DNA of 64,000 nucleotides, from contig OZ059898.1 in NCBI GenBank assembly GCA_964057225.1, positions 1,426,001 through 1,490,000 of the forward strand, written 5' to 3'. Below are positions 15,001 to 29,329 of this stretch, piece by piece; position 1 is the stretch's first letter; the number at the start of each line of letters is the position of its first letter. Under the pieces are notes generated by a model. The model had not been told where the DNA came from, did no database searches, and saw nothing but the letters and a program-made list of their open reading frames with translations. Made by a program: the position numbers and the translations under genes. The DNA comes from Auanema rhodensis. Taxonomy: Eukaryota; Animalia; Nematoda.

Positions 15001-17149
15001 ATATCAACTGATATAAGTTCACACTTATATCCTCGATTTTCACCCTGAAGAATTAATTTTTTCGTTGAATAACATTGTCCATCGTCTTTGCTTTGAAAAA
15101 AGGAATCTAAAAACATCTACTTTTTGCTAAATTATTTTGAAATTTTTCGAAAAAATTTTTGTCAAAATGTTTTTGGAAGCAATGTTGAGTGTACATGGAA
15201 ACTCAACATACACTAATGCATCATTTTTCAAACAATCATAACTAATTTTTGTATTAAGCGTTTCTCAATGTAGTATAGTGCATTCGATGCGGATTTTTAA
15301 GCTGCGTCGATCTGTGTTATCAGATTTGCGCTAGCTTAAAAATGCACCGAGATATCAACTGATATAAGTTCACACTTATATCCTCGATTTTCACCCTGAA
15401 GAATTAATTTTTTCGTTGAATAACATTGTCCATCGTCTTTGCCTTGAAAAAAGGAATCTAAAAACATCTACTTTTTGCTAAATTATTTTGAAATTTTTCG
15501 AAAAAATTTTTGTCAAAATGTTTTTGGAAGCAATGTTGAGTGTACATGGAAACTCAACATACACTAATGCATCATTTTTCAAACGATCATAACTAATTTT
15601 TGTATTAAGCGTTTTTCAATGTAGTATAGTGCATTCGATGCGGATTTTTAAGCTGCGTCGATCTGTGTTATCAGATTTGCGCTAGCTTAAAAATGCACCG
15701 AGATATCAACTGGTATAAGTTCACACTTATATCCTCGATTTTCACCCTGAAGAATTAATTTTTTCGTTGAATAACATTGTCCATCGTCTTTGCCTTGAAA
15801 AAAGGAATTTAAAAACATCTACTTTTTGCTAAATTATTTTGAAATTTTTCGAAAAAATTTTTGTCAAAATGTTTTTGGAAGCAATGTTGAGTGTACATGG
15901 AAACTCAACATACACTAATGCATCATTTTTCAAACGATCATAACTAATTTTTGTATTAAGCGTTTCTCAATGTAGTATAGTGCATTCGATGCGGATTTTT
16001 AAGCTGCGTCGATCTGTGTTATCAGATTTGCGCTAGCTTAAAAATGCACCGAGATATCAACTGATATAAGTTCACACTTATATCCTCGATTTTCACCCTG
16101 AAGAATTAATTTTTTCGTTGAATAACATTGTCCATCGTCTTTGCTTTGAAAAAAGGAATCTAAAAACATCTACTTTTTGCTAAATTATTTTGAAATTTTT
16201 CGAAAAAATTTTTGTCAAAATGTTTTTGGAAGCAATGTTGAGTGTACATGGAAACTCAACATACACTAATGCATCATTTTTCAAACAATCATAACTAATT
16301 TTTGTATTAAGCGTTTCTCAATGTAGTATAGTGCATTCGATGCGGATTGTTAAGCTGCGTCGATCTGTGTTATCAGATTTGCGCTAGCTTAAAAATGCAC
16401 CGAGATATCAACTGATATAAGTTCACACTTATATCCTCGATTTTCACCCTGAAGAATTAATTTTTTCGTTGAATAACATTGTCCATCGTCTTTGCCTTGA
16501 AAAAAGGAATTTAAAAACATCTACTTTTTGCTAAATTATTTTGAAATTTTTCGAAAAAATTTTTGTCAAAATGTTTTTGGAAGCAATGTTGAGTGTACAT
16601 GGAAACTCAACATACACTAATGCATCATTTTTCAAACGATCATAACTAATTTTTGTATTAAGCGTTTTTCAATGTAGTATAGTGCATTCGATGCGGATTT
16701 TTAAGCTGCGTCGATCTGTGTTATCAGATTTGCGCTAGCTTAAAAATGCACCGAGATATAAACTGATATAAGTTCACACTTATATCCTCGATTTTCACCC
16801 TGAAGAATTAATTTTTTCGTTGAATAACATTGTCCATCGTCTTTGCTTTGAAAAAAGGAATCTAAAAACATCTACTTTTTGCTAAATTATTTTGAAATTT
16901 TTCGAAAAAATTTTTGTCAAAATGTTTTTGGAAGCAATGTTGAGTGTACATGGAAACTCAACATACACTAATGCATCATTTTTCAAACAATCATAACTAA
17001 TTTTTGTATCAAGCGTTTCTCAATGTAGTATAGTGCATTCGATGCGGATTTTTAAGCTGCGTCGATCTGTGTTATCAGATTTGCGCTAGCTTAAAAATGC
17101 ACCGAGATATCAACTGATATAAGTTCACACTTATATCCTCGATTTTCAC

Positions 17150-20100
17150 CCTGAAGAATTAATTTTTTCGTTGAATAACATTGTCCATCGTCTTTGCCTT
17201 GAAAAAAGGAATCTAAAAACATCTACTTTTTGCTAAATTATTTTGAAATTTTTCGAAAAAATTTTTGTCAAAATGTTTTTGGAAGCAATGTTGAGTGTAC
17301 ATGGAAACTCAACATACACTAATGCATCATTTTTCAAACGATCATAACTAATTTTTGTATTAAGCGTTTTTCAATGTAGTATAGTGCATTCGATGCGGAT
17401 TTTTAAGCTGCGTCGATCTGTGTTATCAGATTTGCGCTAGCTTAAAAATGCACCGAGATATCAACTGATATAAGTTCACACATATATCCTCGATTTTCAC
17501 CCTGAAGAATTAATTTTTTCGTTGAATAACATTGTCCATCGTCTTTGCTTTGAAAAAAGGAATCTAAAAACATCTACTTTTTGCTAAATTATTTTGAAAT
17601 TTTTCGAAAAAATTTTTGTCAAAATGTTTTTGGAAGCAATGTTGAGTGTACATGGAAACTCAATATACACTAATGCATCATTTTTCAAACAATCATAACT
17701 AATTTTTGTATTAAGCGTTTCTCAATGTAGTATAGTGCATTCGATGCGGATTTTTAAGCTGCGTCGATCTGTGTTATCAGATTTGCGCTAGCTTAAAAAT
17801 GCACCGAGATATCAACTGATATAAGTTCACACTTATATCCTCGATTTTCACCCTGAAGAATTAATTTTTTCGTTGAATAACATTGTCCATCGTCTTTGCT
17901 TTGAAAAAAGGAATCTAAAAACATCTACTTTTTGCTAAATTATTTTGAAATTTTTCGAAAAAATTTTTGTCAAAATGTTTTTGGAAGCAATGTTGAGTGT
18001 ACATGGAAACTCAACATACACTAACGCATCATTTTTCAAACAATCATAACTAATTTTTGTATTAAGCGTTTCTCAATGTAGTATAGTGCATTCGATGCGG
18101 ATTTTTAAGCTGCGTCGATCTGTGTTATCAGATTTGCGCTAGCTTAAAAATGCACCGAGATATCAACTGATATAAGTTCACACTTATATCCTCGATTTTC
18201 ACCCTGAAGAATTAATTTTTTCGTTGAATAACATTGTCCATCGTCTTTGCTTTGAAAAAAGGAATCTAAAAACATCTACTTTTTGCTAAATTATTTTGAA
18301 ATTTTTCGAAAAAATTTTTGTCAAAATGTTTTTGGAAGCAATGTTGAGTGTACATGGAAACTCAACATACACTAACGCATCATTTTTCAAACAATCATAA
18401 CTAATTTTTGTATTAAGCGTTTCTCAATGTAGTATAGTGCATTCGATGCGGATTTTTAAGCTGCGTCGATCTGTGTTATCAGATTTGCGCTAGCTTAAAA
18501 ATGCACCGAGATATCAACTGATATAAGTTCACACTTATATCCTCGATTTTCACCCTGAAGAATTAATTTTTTCGTTGAATAACATTGTCCATCGTCTTTG
18601 CCTTGAAAAAAGGAATCTAAAAACATCTACTTTTTGCTAAATTATTTTGAAATTTTTCGAAAAAATTTTTGTCAAAATGTTTTTGGAAGCAATGTTGAGT
18701 GTACATGGAAACTCAACATACACTAATGCATCATTTTTCAAACGATCATAACTAATTTTTGTATTAAGCGTTTTCCAATGTAGTATAGTGCATTCGATGC
18801 GGATTTTTAAGCTGCGTCGATCTGTGTTATCAGATTTGCGCTAGCTTAAAAATGCACCGAGATATCAACTGATATAAGTTCACACTTATATCCTCGATTT
18901 TCACCCTGAAGAATTAATTTTTTCGTTGAATAACATTGTCCATCGTCTTTGCCTTGAAAAAAGGAATCTAAAAACATCTACTTTTTGCTAAATTATTTTG
19001 AAATTTTTCGAAAAAATTTTTGTCAAAATGTTTTTGGAAGCAATGTTGAGTGTACATGGAAACTCAACATACACTAATGCATCATTTTTCAAACGATCAT
19101 AACTAATTTTTGTATTAAGCGTTTTTCAATGTAGTATAGTGCATTCGATGCGGATTTTTAAGCTGCGTCGATCTGTGTTATCAGATTTGCGCTAGCTTAA
19201 AAATGCACCGAGATATCAACTGATATAAGTTCACACATATATCCTCGATTTTCACCCTGAAGAATTAATTTTTTCGTTGAATAACATTGTCCATCGTCTT
19301 TGCTTTGAAAAAAGGAATCTAAAAACATCTACTTTTTGCTAAATTATTTTGAAATTTTTCGAAAAAATTTTTGTCAAAATGTTTTTGGAAGCAATGTTGA
19401 GTGTACATGGAAACTCAACATACACTAATGCATCATTTTTCAAACAATCATAACTAATTTTTGTATTAAGCGTTTCTCAATGTAGTATAGTGCATTCGAT
19501 GCGGATTTTTAAGCTGCGTCGATCTGTGTTATCAGATTTGCGCTAGCTTAAAAATGCACCGAGATATCAACTGATATAAGTTCACACTTATATCCTCGAT
19601 TTTCACCCTGAAGAATTAATTTTTTCGTTGAATAACATTGTCCATCGTCTTTGCTTTGAAAAAAGGAATCTAAAAACATCTACTTTTTGCTAAATTATTT
19701 TGAAATTTTTCGAAAAAATTTTTGTCAAAATGTTTTTGGAAGCAATGTTGAGTGTACATGGAAACTCAACATACACTAACGCATCATTTTTCAAACAATC
19801 ATAACTAATTTTTGTATTAAGCGTTTCTCAATGTAGTATAGTGCATTCGATGCGGATTTTTAAGCTGCGTCGATCTGTGTTATCAGATTTGCGCTAGCTT
19901 AAAAATGCACCGAGATATCAACTGATATAAGTTCACACTTATATCCTCGATTTTCACCCTGAAGAATTAATTTTTTCGTTGAATAACATTGTCCATCGTC
20001 TTTGCTTTGAAAAAAGGAATCTAAAAACATCTACTTTTTGCTAAATTATTTTGAAATTTTTCGAAAAAATTTTTGTCAAAATGTTTTTGGAAGCAATGTT

Positions 20101-20620
20101 GAGTGTACATGGAAACTCAACATACACTAACGCATCATTTTTCAAACAATCATAACTAATTTTTGTATTAAGCGTTTCTCAATGTAGTATAGTGCATTCG
20201 ATGCGGATTTTTAAGCTGCGTCGATCTGTGTTATCAGATTTGCGCTAGCTTAAAAATGCACCGAGATATCAACTGATATAAGTTCACACTTATATCCTCG
20301 ATTTTCACCCTGAAGAATTAATTTTTTCGTTGAATAACATTGTCCATCGTCTTTGCCTTGAAAAAAGGAATCTAAAAACATCTACTTTTTGCTAAATTAT
20401 TTTGAAATTTTTCGAAAAAATTTTTGTCAAAATGTTTTTGGAAGCAATGTTGAGTGTACATGGAAACTCAACATACACTAATGCATCATTTTTCAAACGA
20501 TCATAACTAATTTTTGTATTAAGCGTTTTCCAATGTAGTATAGTGCATTCGATGCGGATTTTTAAGCTGCGTCGATCTGTGTTATCAGATTTGCGCTAGC
20601 TTAAAAATGCACCGAGATAT
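17150..20620. repeat. Five-monomer tandem duplication (offset 1755 bp); boundaries approximate
   Basis: Paired variants: catatatcc 17481/19236, taacgcatc in two consecutive monomers (about 18022 and 18373 vs 19777 and 20128), ttttccaatg 18771/20526. Confidence 0.75.
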
Positions 20621-22029
20621 CAACTGGTATAAGTTCACACTTATATCCTCGATTTTCACCCTGAAGAATTAATTTTTTCGTTGAATAACATTGTCCATCG
20701 TCTTTGCCTTGAAAAAAGGAATTTAAAAACATCTACTTTTTGCTAAATTATTTTGAAATTTTTCGAAAAAATTTTTGTCAAAATGTTTTTGGAAGCAATG
20801 TTGAGTGTACATGGAAACTCAACATACACTAATGCATCATTTTTCAAACGATCATAACTAATTTTTGTATTAAGCGTTTTTCAATGTAGTATAGTGCATT
20901 CGATGCGGATTTTTAAGCTGCGTCGATCTGTGTTATCAGATTTGCGCTAGCTTAAAAATGCACCGAGATATCAACTGGTATAAGTTCACACTTATATCCT
21001 CGATTCTCACCCTGAAGAATTAATTTTTTCGTTGAATAACATTGTCCATCGTCTTTGCCTTGAAAAAAGGAATCTAAAAACATCTACTTTTTGCCAAATT
21101 ATTTTGAAATTTTTCGAAAAAATTTTTGTCAAAATGTTTTTGGAAGCAATGTTGAGTGTACATGGAAACTCAACATACACTAATGCATCATTTTTCAAAC
21201 GATCATTACTAATTTTTGTATTAAGCGTTTCTCAATGTAGTATAGTGCATTCGATGCGGATTTTTAAGCTGCGTCGATCTGTGTTATCAGATTTGCGCTA
21301 GCTTAAAAATGCACTGAGATATCAACTGATATAAGTTCACACTTATATCCTCGATTTTCACCCTGAAGAATTAATTTTTTCGTTGAATAACATTGTCCAT
21401 CGTCTTTGCCTTGAAAAAAGAAATCTAAAAACATCTACTTTTTGCTAAATTATTTCGAAATTTTTCGAAAAAATTTTTGTCAAAATGTTTTTGGAAGCAA
21501 TGTTGAGTGTACATGGAAACTCAACATACACTAATGCATCATTTTTCAAACGATCATAACTAATTTTTGTATTAAGCGTTTCTCAATGTAGTATAGTGCA
21601 TTCGATGCGGATTTTTAAGCTGCGTCGATCTGTGTTATCAGATTTGCGCTAGCTTAAAAATGCACCGAGATATTAACTGATATAAGTTCACACTTATATC
21701 CTCGATTTTCACCCTGAAGAATTAATTTTTTCGTTGAATAACATTGTCCATCGTCTTTGCCTTGAAAAAAGGAATCTAAAAACATCTACTTTTTGCTAAA
21801 TTATTTTGAAATTTTTCGAAAAAATTTTTGTCAAAATGTTTTTGGAAGCAATGTTGAGTGTACATGGAAACTCAACATACACTAATGCATCATTTTTCAA
21901 ACGATCATAACTAAATTTTGTATCAAGCATTTCTCAATGTAGTATAGTGCATTCGATGCGGATTTTTAAGCTGCGTCGATCTGTGTTATCAGATTTGCGC
22001 TAGCTTAAAAATGCACCGAGATATCAACT

Positions 22030-25000
22030 GATATAAGTTCACACTTATATCCTCGATTTTCACCCTGAAGAATTAATTTTTTCGTTGAATAACATTGTCC
22101 ATCGTCTTTGCCTTGAAAAAAGGAATCTAAAAACATCTACTTTTTGCTAAATTATTTCGAAATTTTTCGAAAAAATTTTTGTCAAAATGTTTTTGGAAGC
22201 AATGTTGAGTGTACATGGAAACTCAACATACACTAATGCATCATTTTTCAAACGATCATAACTAATTTTTGTATTAAGTGTTTCTCAATGTAGTATAATG
22301 CATTCGATGCGGATTTTTAAGCTGCGTCGATCTGTGTTATCAGATTTGCGCTAGCTTAAAAATGCACCGAGATATCAACTGATATAAGTTCACACTTATA
22401 TCCTCGATTTTCACCCTGAAGAATTAATTTTTTCGTTGAATAACATTGTCCATCGTCTTTGCCTTGAAAAAAAGAATCTAAAAACATCTACTTTTCGCTA
22501 AATTATTTCGAAATTTTTCGAAAAAATTTTTGTCAAAATGTTTTTGGAAGCAATGTTGAGTGTACATGGAAACTCAACATACACTAATGCATCATTTTTC
22601 AAACGATCATAACTAATTTTTGTATTAAGCGTTTCTCAATGTAGTATAGTGCATTCGATGCGGATTTTTAAGTTGCGTCGATCTGTGTTATCAGATTTGC
22701 GCTAGCTTAAAAATGCACCGAGATATTAACTGATATAAGTTCACACTTATATCCTCGATTTTCACCCTGAAGAATTAATTTTTTCGTTGAATAACATTGT
22801 CCATCGTCTTTGCCTTGAAAAAAGGAATCTAAAAACATCTACTTTTTGCTAAATTATTTTGAAATTTTTCGAAAAAATTTTTGTCAAAATGTTTTTGGAA
22901 GCAATGTTGAGTGAACATGGAAACTCAACATACACTAATGCATCATTTTTCAAACGATCATAACTAATTTTTGTATTAAGCGTTTCTCAATGTAGTATAG
23001 TGCATTCGATGCGGATTTTTAAGCTGCGTCGATCTGTGTTATCAGATTTGCGCTAGCTTAAAAATGCACCGAGATATCAACTGATATAAGTTCACACTTA
23101 TATCCTCGATTTTCACCCTGAAGAATTAATTTTTTCGTTGAATAACATTGTCCATCGTCTTTGCCTTGAAAAAAGGAATCTAAAAACATCTACTTTTCGC
23201 TAAATTATTTCGAAATTTTTCGAAAAAATTTTTGTCAAAATGTTTTTGGAAGCAATGTTGAGTGTACATGGAAACTCAACATACACTAATGCATCATTTT
23301 TCAAACGATCATAACTAATTTTTGTATTAAGCGTTTCTCAATGTAGTATAGTGCATTCGATGCGGATTTTTAAGTTGCGTCGATCTGTGTTATCAGATTT
23401 GCGCTAGCTTAAAAATGCACCGAGATATTAACTGATATAAGTTCACACTTATATCCTCGATTTTCACCCTGAAGAATTAATTTTTTCGTTGAATAACATT
23501 GTCCATCGTCTTTGCCTTGAAAAAAGGAATCTAAAAACATCTACTTTTTGCTAAATTATTTTGAAATTTTTCGAAAAAATTTTTGTCAAAATGTTTTTGG
23601 AAGCAATGTTGAGTGTACATGGAAACTCAACATACACTAATGCATCATTTTTCAAACGATCATAACTAATTTTTGTATTAAGCGTTTCTCAATGTAGTAT
23701 AGTGCATTCGATGCGGATTTTTAAGTTGCGTCGATCTGTGTTATCAGATTTGCGCTAGCTTAAAAATGCACCGAGATATTAACTGATATAAGTTCACACT
23801 TATATCCTCGATTTTCACCCTGAAGAATTAATTTTTTCGTTGAATAACATTGTCCATCGTCTTTGCCTTGAAAAAAGGAATCTAAAAACATCTACTTTTT
23901 GCTAAATTATTTTGAAATTTTTCGAAAAAATTTTTGTCAAAATGTTTTTGGAAGCAATGTTGAGTGAACATGGAAACTCAACATACACTAATGCATCATT
24001 TTTCAAACGATCATAACTAATTTTTGTATTAAGCATTTCTCAATGTAGTATAGTGCATTCGATGCGGATTTTTAAGCTGCGTCGATCTGTGTTATCAGAT
24101 TTGCGCTAGCTTAAAAATGCACCGAGATATCAACTTATATAAGTTCACACTTATATCCTCGATTTTCACCCTGAAGAATTAATTTTTTCGTTGAATAACA
24201 TTGTCCATCGTCTTTGCCTTGAAAAAAGGAATCTAAAAACATCTACTTTTTGCTAAATTATTTCGAAATTTTTCGAAAAAATTTTTGTCAAAATGTTTTT
24301 GGAAGCAATGTTGAGTGTACATGGAAACTCAACATACACTAATGCATCATTTTTCAAACGATCATAACTAATTTTTGTATTAAGTGTTTCTCAATGTAGT
24401 ATAATGCATTCGATGCGGATTTTTAAGCTGCGTCGATCTGTGTTATCAGATTTGCGCTAGCTTAAAAATGCACCGAGATATCAACTGATATAAGTTCACA
24501 CTTATATCCTCGATTTTCACCCTGAAGAATTAATTTTTTCGTTGAATAACATTGTCCATCGTCTTTGCCTTGAAAAAAAGAATCTAAAAACATCTACTTT
24601 TCGCTAAATTATTTCGAAATTTTTCGAAAAAATTTTTGTCAAAATGTTTTTGGAAGCAATGTTGAGTGTACATGGAAACTCAACATACACTAATGCATCA
24701 TTTTTCAAACGATCATAACTAATTTTTGTATTAAGCGTTTCTCAATGTAGTATAGTGCATTCGATGCGGATTTTTAAGTTGCGTCGATCTGTGTTATCAG
24801 ATTTGCGCTAGCTTAAAAATGCACCGAGATATTAACTGATATAAGTTCACACTTATATCCTCGATTTTCACCCTGAAGAATTAATTTTTTCGTTGAATAA
24901 CATTGTCCATCGTCTTTGCCTTGAAAAAAGGAATCTAAAAACATCTACTTTTTGCTAAATTATTTTGAAATTTTTCGAAAAAATTTTTGTCAAAATGTTT

Positions 25001-26330
25001 TTGGAAGCAATGTTGAGTGAACATGGAAACTCAACATACACTAATGCATCATTTTTCAAACGATCATAACTAATTTTTGTATTAAGCGTTTCTCAATGTA
25101 GTATAGTGCATTCGATGCGGATTTTTAAGCTGCGTCGATCTGTGTTATCAGATTTGCGCTAGCTTAAAAATGCACCGAGATATCAACTGATATAAGTTCA
25201 CACTTATATCCTCGATTTTCACCCTGAAGAATTAATTTTTTCGTTGAATAACATTGTCCATCGTCTTTGCCTTGAAAAAAGGAATCTAAAAACATCTACT
25301 TTTCGCTAAATTATTTCGAAATTTTTCGAAAAAATTTTTGTCAAAATGTTTTTGGAAGCAATGTTGAGTGTACATGGAAACTCAACATACACTAATGCAT
25401 CATTTTTCAAACGATCATAACTAATTTTTGTATTAAGCGTTTCTCAATGTAGTATAGTGCATTCGATGCGGATTTTTAAGTTGCGTCGATCTGTGTTATC
25501 AGATTTGCGCTAGCTTAAAAATGCACCGAGATATTAACTGATATAAGTTCACACTTATATCCTCGATTTTCACCCTGAAGAATTAATTTTTTCGTTGAAT
25601 AACATTGTCCATCGTCTTTGCCTTGAAAAAAGGAATCTAAAAACATCTACTTTTTGCTAAATTATTTTGAAATTTTTCGAAAAAATTTTTGTCAAAATGT
25701 TTTTGGAAGCAATGTTGAGTGTACATGGAAACTCAACATACACTAATGCATCATTTTTCAAACGATCATAACTAATTTTTGTATTAAGCGTTTCTCAATG
25801 TAGTATAGTGCATTCGATGCGGATTTTTAAGTTGCGTCGATCTGTGTTATCAGATTTGCGCTAGCTTAAAAATGCACCGAGATATTAACTGATATAAGTT
25901 CACACTTATATCCTCGATTTTCACCCTGAAGAATTAATTTTTTCGTTGAATAACATTGTCCATCGTCTTTGCCTTGAAAAAAGGAATCTAAAAACATCTA
26001 CTTTTTGCTAAATTATTTTGAAATTTTTCGAAAAAATTTTTGTCAAAATGTTTTTGGAAGCAATGTTGAGTGAACATGGAAACTCAACATACACTAATGC
26101 ATCATTTTTCAAACGATCATAACTAATTTTTGTATTAAGCATTTCTCAATGTAGTATAGTGCATTCGATGCGGATTTTTAAGCTGCGTCGATCTGTGTTA
26201 TCAGATTTGCGCTAGCTTAAAAATGCACCGAGATATCAACTGATATAAGTTCACACTTATATCCTCGATTTTCACCCTGAAGAATTAATTTTTTCGTTGA
26301 ATAACATTGTCCATCGTCTTTGCCTTGAAA
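22030..26330. repeat. Six-monomer tandem duplication (offset 2106 bp); boundaries approximate
   Basis: Paired variants: ataatgc 22295/24401, aaagaatc 22471/24577, gtgaacat 22911/25017 and 23964/26070. Confidence 0.8.
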
Positions 26331-29329
26331 AAAGGAATCTAGAAACATCTACTTTTTGCTAAATTATTTCGAAATTTTTCGAAAAAATTTTTGTCAAAAT
26401 GTTTTTGGAAGCAATGTTGAGTGTACATGGAAACTCAACATACACTAATGCATCATTTTTCAAACGATCATAACTAATTTTTGTATTAAGCGTTTCTCAA
26501 TGTAGTATAGTGCATTCGATGCGGATTTTTAAGTTGCGTCGATCTGTGTTATCAGATTTGCGCTAGCTTAAAAATGCACCGAGATATCAACTGATATAAG
26601 TTCACACTTATATCCTCGATTTTCACCCTGAAGAATTAATTTTTTCGTTGAATAACATTGTCCATCGTCTTTGCCTTGAAAAAAGGAATCTAAAAACATC
26701 TACTTTTTGCTAAATTATTTTGAAATTTTTCGAAAAAATTTTTGTCAAAATGTTTTTGGAAGCAATGTTGAGTGTACATGGAAACTCAACATACACTAAT
26801 GCATCATTTTTCAAACGATCATAACTAATTTTTGTATTAAGCGTTTCTCAATGTAGTATAGTGCATTCGATGCGGATTTTTAAGTTGCGTCGATCTGTGT
26901 TATCAGATTTGCGCTAGCTTAAAAATGCACCGAGATATTAACTGATATAAGTTCACACTTATATCCTCGATTTTCACCCTGAAGAATTAATTTTTTCGTT
27001 GAATAACATTGTCCATCGTCTTTGCCTTGAAAAAAGGAATCTAAAAACATCTACTTTTTGCTAAATTATTTTGAAATTTTTCGAAAAAATTTTTGTCAAA
27101 ATGTTTTTGGAAGCAATGTTGAGTGAACATGGAAACTCAACATACACTAATGCATCATTTTTCAAACGATCATAACTAATTTTTGTATTAAGCATTTCTC
27201 AATGTAGTATAGTGCATTCGATGCGGATTTTTAAGCTGCGTCGATCTGTGTTATCAGATTTGCGCTAGCTTAAAAATGCACCGAGATATCAACTGATATA
27301 AGTTCACACTTATATCCTCGATTTTCACCCTGAAGAATTAATTTTTTCGTTGAATAACATTGTCCATCGTCTTTGCCTTGAAAAAAGGAATCTAGAAACA
27401 TCTACTTTTTGCTAAATTATTTCGAAATTTTTCGAAAAAATTTTTGTCAAAATGTTTTTGGAAGCAATGTTGAGTGTACATGGAAACTCAACATACACTA
27501 ATGCATCATTTTTCAAACGATCATAACTAATTTTTGTATTAAGCGTTTCTCAATGTAGTATAGTGCATTCGATGCGGATTTTTAAGTTGCGTCGATCTGT
27601 GTTATCAGATTTGCGCTAGCTTAAAAATGCACCGAGATATCAACTGATATAAGTTCACACTTATATCCTCGATTTTCACCCTGAAGAATTAATTTTTTCG
27701 TTGAATAACATTGTCCATCGTCTTTGCCTTGAAAAAAGGAATCTAAAAACATCTACTTTTCGCTAAATTATTTCGAAATTTTTCGAAAAAATTTTTGTCA
27801 AAATGTTTTTGGAAGCAATGTTGAGTGTACATGGAAACTCAACATACACTAATGCATCATTTTTCAAACGATCATAACTAATTTTTGTATTAAGCGTTTC
27901 TCAATGTAGTATAGTGCATTCGATGCGGATTTTTAAGTTGCGTCGATCTGTGTTATCAGATTTGCGCTAGCTTAAAAATGCACCGAGATATTAACTGATA
28001 TAAGTTCACACTTATATCCTCGATTTTCACCCTGAAGAATTAATTTTTTCGTTGAATAACATTGTCCATCGTCTTTGCCTTGAAAAAAGGAATCTAAAAA
28101 CATCTACTTTTTGCTAAATTATTTTGAAATTTTTCGAAAAAATTTTTGTCAAAATGTTTTTGGAAGCAATGTTGAGTGTACATGGAAACTCAACATACAC
28201 TAATGCATCATTTTTCAAACGATCATAACTAATTTTTGTATTAAGCGTTTCTCAATGTAGTATAGTGCATTCGATGCGGATTTTTAAGTTGCGTCGATCT
28301 GTGTTATCAGATTTGCGCTAGCTTAAAAATGCACCGAGATATTAACTGATATAAGTTCACACTTATATCCTCGATTTTCACCCTGAAGAATTAATTTTTT
28401 CGTTGAATAACATTGTCCATCGTCTTTGCCTTGAAAAAAGGAATCTAAAAACATCTACTTTTTGCTAAATTATTTTGAAATTTTTCGAAAAAATTTTTGT
28501 CAAAATGTTTTTGGAAGCATTGTTGAGTGAACATGGAAACTCAACATACACTAATGCATCATTTTTCAAACGATCATAACTAATTTTTGTATTAAGCATT
28601 TCTCAATGTAGTATAGTGCATTCGATGCGGATTTTTAAGCTGCGTCGATCTGTGTTATCAGATTTGCGCTAGCTTAAAAATGCACCGAGATATCAACTGA
28701 TATAAGTTCACACTTATATCCTCGATTTTCACCCTGAAGAATTAATTTTTTCGTTGAATAACATTGTCCATCGTCTTTGCCTTGAAAAAAGGAATCTAGA
28801 AACATCTACTTTTTGCTAAATTATTTCGAAATTTTTCGAAAAAATTTTTGTCAAAATGTTTTTGGAAGCAATGTTGAGTGTACATGGAAACTCAACATAC
28901 ACTAATGCATCATTTTTCAAACGATCATAACTAATTTTTGTATTAAGCGTTTCTCAATGTAGTATAGTGCATTCTATGCGGATTTTTAAGCTGCGTCGAT
29001 CTGTGTTATCAGATTTGCGCTAGCTTAAAAATGCACCGAGATATTAACTGATATAAGTTCACACTTATATCCTCGATTTTCACCCTGAAGAATTAATTTT
29101 TTCGTTGAATAACATTGTCCATCGTCTTTGCCTTGAAAAAAGGAATCTAAAAACATCTACTTTTTGCTAAATTATTTCGAAATTTTTCGAAAAAATTTTT
29201 GTCAAAATGTTTTTGGAAGCAATGTTGAGTGTACATGGAAACTCAACATACACTAATGCATCATTTTTCAAACGATCATAACTAATTTTTGTATTAAGCG
29301 TTTCTCAATGTAGTATAGTGCATTCGATG